A stretch of DNA of 53,677 bases, counting the filler, from Jimgerdemannia flammicorona (Eukaryota), in assembly GCA_003990765.1 (NCBI GenBank). It is 3 parts of 3 records of this genome, joined end to end, with 100 filler letters (N's around TTAATTAATTAA, not from the genome) between each part and the next. Parts side by side here need not be neighbours in the genome. Positions count along the whole stretch, not along the records: positions 1 to 17,826 come from RBNJ01002392.1; positions 17,927 to 35,752 come from RBNJ01002393.1; 1 more part is not named here. One strand, given 5' to 3'. How positions within the stretch are numbered: the first letter of the stretch is position 1; every line of letters starts with the position of its first letter. The position numbers were made by a program, and so were the translations under genes. Shown here piece by piece: positions 10,800 through 20,900 of the stretch. The notes beneath the pieces were generated by a model that saw only the letters and a list, made by a program, of their open reading frames with translations, ran no database searches and was not told the DNA's origin.

Positions 10800-12499
10800 C
10801 TTCTTCTTAGATAATTCTTCTGCTGATGTTCCTGGATGGTCTTCCCACAGGTCTCTTTCTTTTTTCTGCTGGATAGACTGTCTTTCGAGTGGTAACCTTG
10901 ATAGGGTACAAGTCTAGGTCACTGTAGTCTTCACTGTTGCTTGCTTCCTCGAAATCTTCAACAGGATGGGCTTCAGTCTTCTTGTACTGGGTGTCATTCC
11001 TTTGGTTTGGTGCTTCTGAGTCTCTTCGGTCACTTCTTTTGTTGTCATATTCAGTCGCATAGTGTCTGAATTATCCACAGTGGAAGCATTGGACTTGGGC
11101 TCTGTCTTGGACAGAGTACCTTCTTTCTTCTTGCTGGTAATTCGTGTTATCTCTTGGTGAATAACCTTGGCTCCTCTGTGGTGGGTATCCTCTGTTGTCT
11201 TGGTAGCTCCGATTTTCGCATATAGTGAGTTTTTCAATCTGCCCAACCAATCAGTCTAACTTGGAGCTGAGGTCTTGGATTTCACTTCTGTCCTTTTTTC
11301 CTTCCTTGGCTGGCCTTCTTTCTTCGGATCTTTCTTGTCCTTGAAGGAGTCCTTGTAGAGCTTTGACCAGGATATCTTCTTTATCTTCCTTCTTGTCATG
11401 ATCACTCCAGGTAGTTCCTTGCCTGATATCAAAGAATCCTTGGGCCACATCTACTTGCTCTTCAGACCTTCTGATGCCTAGGGTGTGGACATGCTGGGCA
11501 ATATTTGAGGAAATTCCATTCATGAAGGTCATTGGACCTATGATGTCTTGGTTGGTGGCATTGAACCCAGCAGAATGCATTCTCTTCTGGATTCTTGTGA
11601 AGAAGACTCTGGGTGATTCTCCAAGATTCATCTTCATTCCCATGATGGATTCCTGAGCCTTGTAGTGGATTTCATTTCCTGCATATTTTTCAATGAGCCA
11701 GTGGACCATGGCTTCATATTCTAGCTCATCAGATATTGCTGCTTGTATCTGTCTTGCTAGTTCTGAATCCTGGTTGTTTGCTGTTTGATGGAAAATTCCT
11801 CTGGCTGGTTCTCTGAGCTGAGCTTTGTAGATGGCAATTTTTCTTTCATCTGAGAGATTTCTCAAGGTGGCAATTTCTTCAATTCCATCAAGGAATTCTC
11901 TGGGATCTTCCTCTGAGTATCCTGCAAAGGTTGGCAATGAGGTGGCCATTTTGTCATCACTTTCTTCTGATTCTGGTTCAAGTTCAGATTCTGATTCTGA
12001 TTCACTTTCTGAACTATCACTAGAGACGGGGGTGCTTGGGTATCTTGAAGATAGTATTCTGGTCCTTGGGTGGGGTAGAATAGGCCTAGGTATTCTTGTA
12101 GGAGCTACTTTCAGTTCTGCAAGAGATTGTGATAGGGGTTCTATTGATGAGATTGGTGGGACTGGTGTGGGGTGTCTGGTTGTAAAGTATTGGGTCCATG
12201 TGATAAGGTCTTCTAGTTCTTGTGCGAGTTCTCCAAAATCTCTAGCAGAGCTGCCTGTATTGTCTGGTTGATCTGGTTGATCTTGTTGGTCTGGTTGGTC
12301 TGGTTGGGGATTTTGGGCTATACTACCTCCTGCTTCTGGTTGAGATCCTTCTGATGCTGAGTAGTTGACAAGTCTTGAGGTGATTACTTCTCTTCCTGTC
12401 CAAATACTAGTGATGACTGGTTCTCCTGTAGTGGCAGAGGTTGGTGTTGTATCAAATGTATCTAGTTTGACTGTGGGTTCTTGTGAGTTGAAAAGTCAT
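10800..12499 (-). pseudogene. Gypsy 1 gag (disrupted)
   Basis: LPTFAGYSEEDPREFLDGIE capsid-like motif, MNLGESPRVFFTR, and a degenerate zinc knuckle CFHCG*FRHYA near 11060-11090. The likely start is the ATG at 12499 with a 1-nt indel. Confidence 0.85.
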
Positions 12500-12514
12500 A
12501 TTGATTTTGAAATC

Positions 12515-12532
12515 TTCCCAGTTGAGCCCCCA
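12515..12532 (-). promoter_or_regulatory. Primer-binding site, tRNA-Pro-like
   Basis: TGGGGGCTCAACTGGGA lies 2 nt inside the 5' LTR boundary. It resembles the tRNA-Pro PBS TGGGGGCTCGTCCGGGAT. Confidence 0.65.
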
Positions 12533-12534
12533 AA

Positions 12535-13559
12535 TGTAACATGCCTGGCTCAATGGAGGCAAATTACAAGGTTGGAGGATTGATGTAGTTTGGCTTGAGC
12601 CTCCAGTTACTTTGTCAAAAAGTAACAAAATATTCTAGGATTCCTGAGGTTCTTGGTATTTAGTAGTATAATAATCAAAGCTGGATATCTGCGAGCAATT
12701 TGTGTGCTGATTTCCTAATTGGGATGGTTCTCTAGGTATAGCAGCAATTTGTATAAATGGGTTTCCTTCTTGGGTCAACTGGGAATGGCAGAATTTGTGT
12801 ATAGTGTAAGTGGTTTCCTTCTTGAGTAACGGGTGATTTCTGTGTAGCACGATGATCTCTGTACATAATGGTCTGGTAATTTGGTGGCTTTTCTTATGTG
12901 ATTTGGGTGGCAATCTCTGTGTAGCACAGTGATTTCCAAAAGTATACAATTTCTGAGTGATGGCAGATGACTCGATCTGGGTGCAGGTTTACTGGGAATT
13001 GTACTGGCAGCAGATAACTTGATAACTCAGGCTCACTGGGAATAATGAATAACTTGGACAGCATGAATCAGACTCTTCTGGGAATGTGGATAACTTGGAA
13101 ATGGCAGATGACATGGATTCTTTCTGAATCGGCAGACTTCTTGAAAATAGTGGCTTAACTGAGAATTAACTCAGATGGTGCAGATTCTTCCTGAATCAGC
13201 AGCTTTCTCTTAGGCAGAAATCTTCAGGCTTATCTGGCAAGCGAACCAAAAATGAACATGTTCTTTGTATTGGAAAGTGAACTGGAGTGAAAAGGGGAAA
13301 TAAGCTCACAATCTCCTAGCAGTGGCTGTAGAGTTCCTCTCGAAGTGTGGTAGGCAGACTTGTCTTTTACTTCAATTTCAGACTTTTTGGACTGAGGTTT
13401 ATTCACTCTTGTCTCTGGGTAATTTATACAAGTTGGTTGCTATCTGGTTACTATATGGCTAACTATAGATCTGCTACTTATGGTAGGTGTACAGAGTCTG
13501 TACAGTGTACAGGACCTGTACAGTATACAGAGTCTGTATGGTATATAGAGTTTGTATAG
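12535..13559 (-). repeat. 5' LTR of Gypsy 1, cut short by the Gypsy 2 insertion
   Basis: Aligns to 3193-4768. Similarity stops abruptly at 13560, where TGTGACG begins. Confidence 0.9.
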
Positions 13560-15799
13560 TGTGACGTCAGGCTTGTGTCTCTAGGTCTCTCTTGGCACAA
13601 CTCAATGTGCCACTTGGTGAAGCGCGCGATGTATAACTGAAGGCATTGGTGACGTTCGCGGGTCGATGGTCACGTGACAGGTCATTCGATTCGTGTGGTA
13701 ATTGATAATAGCAGGAGTTCAATTGTTCGTTTGGCTCAGGACGTTGATGATGAGGTCGTTCAGTTGTTCAACGATGGTGGCTCAATTGTTTAGTAGATAA
13801 GGGTGGTGATTATGCTGGCTAAGTTTCCTGGTGGCGATTAACTTGGCGGCAAACTCGGCGACGGTCTTGACTTTAAATGGTTCGTGGCACAGTAGGTTGG
13901 AAAAACGGAGGTTGACGGCTTGCTTGTCCATCTTGACTCGTTAACTTGAAAGGTTCCTGGTGGTCGTTCAGGTCTTTGGCAGCGGGTCGGTCTTTGGCGG
14001 TCTAGTATCCTTTGGCTGGGTATCCTTGGGTTTCTGGGTCTTGAATCTCGAATGACGGTTGAATGGTGGCAGTCCAAATGGCGGTCTGAATGCACGGCAG
14101 TCAGGTAACGTTTTCTTTCCATGGCAAGAGAAAATTCTTTAACTCAAACTTCCGAGCGATCCATTGCTCTAGGTTGTTATCTTGTTCTCAGAATTTATCT
14201 GGTCTCTTGGAGGTAGTGGTTATTTCTCAAAACCAGTTGACTGAGGTTTATTCACTCTAAGAATATGGGTTATTTATACAAGTTTGCTAGCTATGGGGGG
14301 GGCACGACTAAGGCTAAGGTATACTACATTGTGGCGAACTTCGCTATGCTATTGGCTTACACGATGCGAGATGCAGACTATTGTTTACTATGGATTGGGT
14401 TGTAGGGGATAGTAATGCTGGATTCAGATGAGCAGACAGGAGTGCTGATTGTTGCCAGAAATGGTTGTGGAGGGTAGCAACGCTGGATTCGGACTTGCTG
14501 ACAAAATGCTGAAAATGGTGGTACTGGATAGCAACACTGGAAACAGACTTGCTGACTTGCTGACATGAAGGCTGCACAATTCTCACGGCTGACGGGTAGT
14601 GCTTCTAGAGGAAATAGTACCCTTCGTCCGCGGTGGGCAAATCTTGCTGGGTTAAGATTTCTTCTTCATCATACCTCTCCTCAAAAGGGGGAAGTGCTGG
14701 CCAAGAGGTAAGGGGGTAGAAAAGTGGCCAGTCATCTTCAACAATATTCTCCAACCCTTGAACAGCTTGAATGCGGACAGAGGACTGGTAGACTCTCTGT
14801 TGCTCCTCTTCTTCTTCTGAAAACTCGTCAGTTTCAGTGTCAGAGGGGGGTTTCTTCAGGGGCAGGGTCTTGGAGTTCTTGGGCTTCCTTTTCAAAGACA
14901 GGGACTTCTTGGGCTTCTTCTTGATTCGGTTCCCAAATTATGAGATGTGAATCGTGGCTGACAGGGTGGTGGGTGGTTGGGGTAGCTCCAACGGGTGCTT
15001 CTATGGTAATGGGTGGACCTTGAAATATCTCCATAAGACTCATTAGGTGACCTTGATGGTTGTCTCAGAGTGGAGTGGTGTGGAAACCTGGCTGAGTAGG
15101 TTTGGTTTGTTGGCTTCCTACAGCGACGCGGTTGCTGCCAGTAGAGTTGGCTACTTCAGATTCTATCCAGTCAGCATCTTCAGTTGAAAGGTGGGAGAGA
15201 CTGCCAGCTGTTACTCCTTGCAAGTGAGCTATGGCCCAGGGAATATGGTGGAAGATTTGGTGGACACGGAGGGCTCTCTTGATTAGCTGGCTAGTAGTTA
15301 TCAATTCGGTAATGAGGCCTTCCCGGTCGTCTTCTTGAGTCTCATTGCAAAGGCAGTGTCCGATTTCGTAGTCATGCCAGAGGGTCATTCGTTCGGTAGT
15401 GTCTTTGAGCTGCTGGGTTATTATATACTGATAGTTGATAAAGTATCCAAGGTCCTCGGTGTAGAAGTTCAAGTGTTCAGAAGTATCTGGGCGCCAGATG
15501 GCCTTCTTAATAGCTTCAAAGATCAGGGTCTTTGGGCCAGGCAAAGGGGTAGAGCGGCGGGAGGTCTGGTTGGATCGGTGAATGGGAGGCATTGTGTGGT
15601 GGGTACTTGGTTCTTTAGTGCTGATCCCTGAGGCGGAGTATGATTCCTTAAATAACGTGGTCTTCATTTTGGCTCAGATCATTTTGTCTTCTTTTGGGAT
15701 GATCACCTAATGGGTCAGGCTGTCTATTTGATTGTCACGCCATTATGTCGTCTGATCTTAGCAGTCACTGGTACTCTGTTGTCATTTGCTTACATCACA
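13560..15799 (-). repeat. Putative 2.24-kb 3' LTR of Gypsy 2
   Basis: TGTGACG...CATCACA inverted termini, followed by the PPT complement TCTGCCCCT (15800-15808). The TATA/poly-A block CTGAGGTTTATTCACTCT...TTTATACAAG at 14241-14282 is shared with the Gypsy 1 LTR. The partner LTR is not visible. Confidence 0.7.
14605..15667 (-). pseudogene. ORF of about 350 codons inside the U3 region of the Gypsy 2 LTR (one stop, one frameshift), unknown function
   Basis: The 200-aa ORF 15667-15065 continues in frame past a TGA into 15043-14840. It then shifts into the acidic 14895-14605 frame ending ADEGYYFL*. Confidence 0.6.
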
Positions 15800-16124
15800 T
15801 CTGCCCCTTGCAAAATTAGAGCCATCCTCGGCGGTGAAGGTTACACAGAGTTGGGTGGTCTTAACTCCAGGGACGAGCAAAATGTCGGCACATTTGTGAG
15901 GACTGGCCATCCTTGTCTAGGATGAGGGCTCCCATAGTCGCAGCTGGGGGTTCGAACCCATCGGAAATAGTTTTACTTGTAATCTGAGGCAATTTCTTAG
16001 TAACAATGTCTGTCACGTGGATGGGCTTGAGTCTGGTTCCAACGTTGTTGGCTTTCTTGAGTTCCGAGTGAAACATCCGTCGTATCTCCAATGGAGATGA
16101 CACAGACAGAGCGAACAGGATTGT

Positions 16125-17826
16125 TCAAATGCATTTTGCTTCTCTTGAGTAGTAGAGTCTTATGCAGTTGTGGTGTATCTTGGTCTTGAGGATAACTCCA
16201 TCCAAGGTCTTGAGTTGATAAGTGTGGTTCGAGAATACTTGGTGTATGAGATAGGGGCCTTCCTATTTTGGTTCAAGCTTGGCACTCCAATTTCCTTCTA
16301 TGATGGTACGGTACACCAGAACCTTTTATCCAATGAGCAGGGGTTCGAGGTCAGCTTTGTGGTCGTAGTATCTCTTTTGTCGTTCTTGTGCCTTGGCGAT
16401 AAATCCTCATGCTTGCTGGCATATATTGTGTAACCGGGTGATCTCTTCTGTGACTCGTTTTGACAGATCTAGCTGGACTGGTTCGGTAGGATCATGTACT
16501 TCTCGGCCATACACCAAATAGAAGGGGGTCTGTTGGGTAGCGGTTGCCTTAGAGGTACGGATGCTGAACAGAATTGCCAGTAGATAGATATTCCAGTTTA
16601 GTTGATATCTGGTTCTACTGAGACCTCGCTTGATGGTCTGGTTCATTCATTCAGTGAGTCCATTTGCCTGTGGGTGGTAGGCTATTGTTGGTCGTAGCTT
16701 GATCTTGAAGTTGCTCGCAAAGGTCTTCATGGCTTGGTTGACGAATTCTCAGTCTTAGTCTGTAATGATTTCCTTGGGTACATCATGGCGGCTGAAAATT
16801 TCATCATACAGGATCCCAATAATTGTCTGGGTATCGGCAGTCTCGATGGCAAAGGCTTCAGGCCACTTTGTCAGGTGGTCTTCGATAGTGAGGATGTAGC
16901 GTCTTCCTCGGCTGGTTACTGGTAGGGGTCCAATAATGTCTATTCCCAGTCTATGAAAGGCTCCAGCTGGTGCTGCGATCGGTATTAAGGGTGCTCTGTC
17001 AGTAGGCTTTTGTCGGTATCTTTGGTAGGTATCATATTGTTGAATGTGTATTGAAATTTGTTTTCTCATCTTGGGCCACCAGTATCGCTTCTTGATTCTT
17101 GCAATTGTGGCGCCAATTCCTCGGTGTGCATTTTGGTCATGATTTGTTATCAGGATTTTCGATATTTCTTCTTCTCTTGGAACTCGGGTGTACTGCTCTC
17201 CTTCTACTCTTCAAAGTTCACCATCACCTTCTTGGAATTTCTTGAAATTCCTTTGGATAAACAACTTGTGGGCTGGTTGGATTCCTTTCTTAAAGCTTCT
17301 ATGGTGCAGACTCCAGATGAGGGTGAGGCGCAATTCTTGGTTCATTTGGGTGAGCGGGAAGCAGCCTTCTCTTGTGGGGGCTCCTTCCCTTCTTGTTGGT
17401 TTCACGGGATTCTTGACAGAGTATCGACATTGGAATTCTTAGCACCTTTCTTATAGACAATAGTGAACTGATATTCTTGCAGAGATATGATCCATCTAGC
17501 GAAGATTCCTGAGGGCTCCGGCTTGTTGAACAACCATTGTAGAGCTTGATGGTCAGTGATGAGGGCAAATCTCTTTCCCAAGAGATAGTGTCAGAAGTGG
17601 TCCACAGCCCAAACTACTGCTAGGCATTCCAACTTGGTGGCTCCATAGTTCGCTTGTGTTTCATTTGTGGCCTTGCTAGCATATTCGATAACATGCTCTC
17701 TCTTCTGGTCATCTTGCTGAGACAGAATTGATCCAAGTCCTAAGGCTGAGGCATCAGTTACCAGGATGAATGGTTTGCCAAAGTCTGGTCGCACCAGGAC
17801 AGGGGCTTCGGTAAGGGCCTTCTTGA
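16125..17826 (-). pseudogene. Gypsy 2 pol (RNase H + integrase), disrupted
   Basis: ORFs 17591-17794, 16755-17069 and 16407-16646, plus C-terminal KLEPK*EGPY. Confidence 0.92.
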
Positions 17827-17926
17827 NNNNNNNNNNNNNNNNNNNNNNNNNNNNNNNNNNNNNNNNNNNNTTAATTAATTAANNNNNNNNNNNNNNNNNN
17901 NNNNNNNNNNNNNNNNNNNNNNNNNN
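17827..17926. other. Assembly gap with artificial TTAATTAATTAA spacer
   Basis: Exactly 100 nt of N with a central six-frame stop linker. Confidence 0.97.
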
Positions 17927-17998
17927 CCTCCCCCCCTTTCTCCCCTCTCTCCCGGCCCTCCCGATTCGATTTCTTCCAATCCAATAATCCCCAACATC

Positions 17999-20900
17999 AT
18001 GTCGGGCCTCTCCATCAACACCCAACAACGCCAACAACAGCAGGAGTATCACGATGACTATGACCAGGGCGATCAGCTCGGCGGTCAGGGCAACCAGGAC
18101 AGCAGCTTTGACGACGACGATGACGATGGCATGTCCTCGTCCCCCTCGATTCCGGACGAGAACATTGACTTCGATCTCGTCTACGCGCTCCACACCTTCG
18201 TCGCCACCGTCGAGGGCCAAGCCTCCGTCGTCAAGGGTGACGCACTCACCCTGCTCGACGACTCGAACTCTTACTGGTGGCTCGTCAAAGTTCTCAAGAC
18301 CACCGAAGTCGGATATATTCCTGCTGAAAATATTGAGGTGAGGATGGGGATAGGCAATGGGGCGAAGGTAGCGTTGGCGTCGCCTTCTCGGAATGGAAAT
18401 TTTTGGGAGAAGAAAAAGCTTTTATTTATCAAGTCTATGGGAGAATTGTGCATGAAGGGCATTACATTAGGGGCTCTTAATCTGACATCTGAATCGTAGG
18501 CTAGAGAATCAATCATGATGGGCGCTCCTTTTCGCTTATCACCATAATCACGGTGGGACTCTGCTAACGGTGACAATGACCTCCGTGGGCCACACACACA
18601 TACTCATTAGTAATATCTGTTTCTCCCTATTCTTTTCCTCCCTTGACCCAATTCACTTTCACTAGACACCATATGAGCGGCTGGCCCGACTAAACAAACA
18701 TAGAAATGTAGAGGTGAGCCTTGATGGTTATTCATATTTCTGCGTGATCGCAATTTTGGAGAAACCATTCTCTCCGCAACAATAAATACATCACAAACTA
18801 GGCATTAAGATTAAGTAAATTCGTTCGCATCCATCATCGCCGCACAGCTCACCTCCCAACAAAATAACCAAGACGTGATCAACCGGCCGCCACCGCGCAG
18901 CATCAAAAAGAAGAAGGTTTACATCTCCAAGGGTGTCTCCTTCCAATCGCAAGTGATCATCACGGCGGAGACGGAGGAGGAAGACGACGAGGAAGAGTAC
19001 GAAGAATGGGAGGAGGAGATGGCTGACGACGACGACGACTACTATGACATGGACGACGATCCGCGTGCGGTGGCCTCTGTCGCGCAGCAGCTTCAGCAAC
19101 AGATGCGCAGCAACCAGCCGGCATCTGCGTCGACGGGGGTGGTGAACGCGTCTGGGCAGCCTGTGCGGGGCGTGCTTGTTGGGGTGGGAGGACGCAGTTT
19201 GGATCCTGCTGCGGGAGAGACGATCAAGATCTCGCTGACGCCGCAGGTTGCGCGTGTAGAGGACGATTACGACGAGATGGACGAATACGACGAGGGCGAG
19301 GACGACCGGAGGTCGGGCGAGAGCAAGGCCGAGAAAATGCTCGGAATGGGCGGCGCAAGCGGACAAAGGAGGCAAGTGGACGTGGATAAGGAACTGGCAC
19401 ACCTGGAGGGGAGGCGGGACCCATGGAAGGAGAACCAGCAGACTAAGAAGGAGAAGACCGGATTCAAGCGATTCTTCACGCGCGGCGGAGGAAAAAAGGA
19501 CAAAGAGGAGGGGACCGGGCCCTCGGCAGCGGCAGGGTCCAGTGGCAAGCCTGCTGGCAAAGTCGACAGGAGGAGGATCAAGCCTTCTGGGCCGTCGCAG
19601 CAATATCTTGGGAGCGGAGCGGATGACTCTGCGGAGACGGCAAGCTTCAACTCGGTGAACTCGGTGGAGTCGAACGGGTCGTTCGAGTCGTCGCGCGGTA
19701 ACTCAAGGGACTACGAACGCGAGTCTGTGCGCGGAAACTCGCGCGACTACGACAGGGACCCTAGGTCCAGCGAGGAGAACAAGACCCAACTCACCGTGCT
19801 CAGGGTGTTCGCCGGGAACGTCAACCTCGGCGCCACGTTCAAGACCGTCATGGTCAATCCATCCACCACCGCCGCAGAGCTCGTCAAGCAAGCTATGCTT
19901 AGGTTCCATATTCAGGAGATCGAGGGTGGCGTCATGGGAGAATCGAATTCCGGCGTCGAGTATTATGTTACGGTGAAGGGGGTGGACGGTGGTAAGTTTA
20001 CCCTATTTTTTTTTTTTTTTTTTTGTGTAAGGAAATTGTACGGGTTTGATTTGAATTGTAGGGCACGGAAAAAAAATTGTGAGCACTGACATCTAATCTA
20101 ATCATCCGCCACCATTTCCTTTCTCGCCAATCGCAGAGGAATACACCCTCGCCCCGCAAGACCATCCGCTCCAAATTTTCGAGACGCTCACCGCTCACCT
20201 GAACACCCCGATGCCGTCCGTGACGGCGATCAAGCGGATCTCTCAAAACTACGGCTCGACAGTAGAGCTAACGCGGGTCGGTGTTACTAATCCGGGTTCT
20301 CCCCTCTCCCCCACTGCGGGACACTTTGGCGAGGACTCCGTTATCAAGTTTTTCCTGCACAAGAAAATCAAGCGTGTGGACGAGCGCGAGGGCAAGATCT
20401 ACATCAAGGTATCGCTGTTCTCAGACGATGTTGTCAACGGGTTTGGCGCTGCCACTGCCGCTCCCGCCCGCGGCTCCATCTCCGCTAAGAACCTACAGAA
20501 AAAGAAGAAGCCGCAGGAGAGCGAGAGGATTGATAAGCTCATTGCCGTTAGGCCACATACCCCCATCGCCGATGTGACAGCACTCGCGTTGGATAAGTTC
20601 CATCTGCTCAATGGCATTGTTGATGGAGATGAAGATATGGAGCAGAGGAGAAGGGCAAAGGGCGATAAGGAGCAGAGGTTGATTAAATATGCGCTTAACG
20701 TTGCCGTGGGGAGTGCTACTGCCGGTGAGCTCTTTTTTTTTTTTTTTCATCGCTTGAGAGGGATTGTGTGCGTGGAGTTAGCATTTCTTCACAAATGGAT
20801 GAATAATACAAAAATTATTTCCAAAATTATAAATATTTACGATATCTTTCATCTCTCGTCAATCACAGAGCGATCCCTGAATCCCCAAGATTCGATCATC

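Larger units (their letters stand above)
3193..13559 (-). mobile_element. Ty3/Gypsy LTR retrotransposon 1 (degenerate): LTR-PBS-gag-PR-Cys/His domain-dUTPase-RT-RNaseH-IN-ORF3-PPT-LTR
   Basis: Paired LTRs both start TGTAACATGCC on the plus strand (3193, 12535). Domain order RT-RH-IN is Gypsy type, and there are many in-frame stops. Confidence 0.95.
13560..17826 (-). mobile_element. Ty3/Gypsy LTR retrotransposon 2 (3' half; the rest is lost in the gap), nested in the Gypsy 1 LTR
   Basis: RNase H (FILVTDASALGLGSIL) and integrase (GIDIIGPLP, EDHLTKWPEAF, TPFYLVYGRE). It retains more CpG than Gypsy 1. Confidence 0.92.

Noticed and set aside
10850..10870. A-rich slippery-looking site at the gag/pol frame change
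   Set aside because: The downstream protein-like frame needs a +1 shift, which fits a homopolymer indel in a decayed copy. Programmed frameshifting cannot be supported.
11950..12495. 182 open codons upstream of the first gag ATG, suggesting a non-AUG start
   Set aside because: More simply explained by the ATG at 12499 plus a 1-nt insertion in a T run.
15861..16103. 80-aa ORF after Gypsy 2 integrase
   Set aside because: It is in the integrase frame after a TGA and may be a C-terminal extension. There is no evidence that it is a separate gene.
17827..17926. TTAATTAATTAA palindrome within N runs (also 35753-35852)
   Set aside because: Artificial scaffold linker, not biology. Adjacency across the gaps is unverified.
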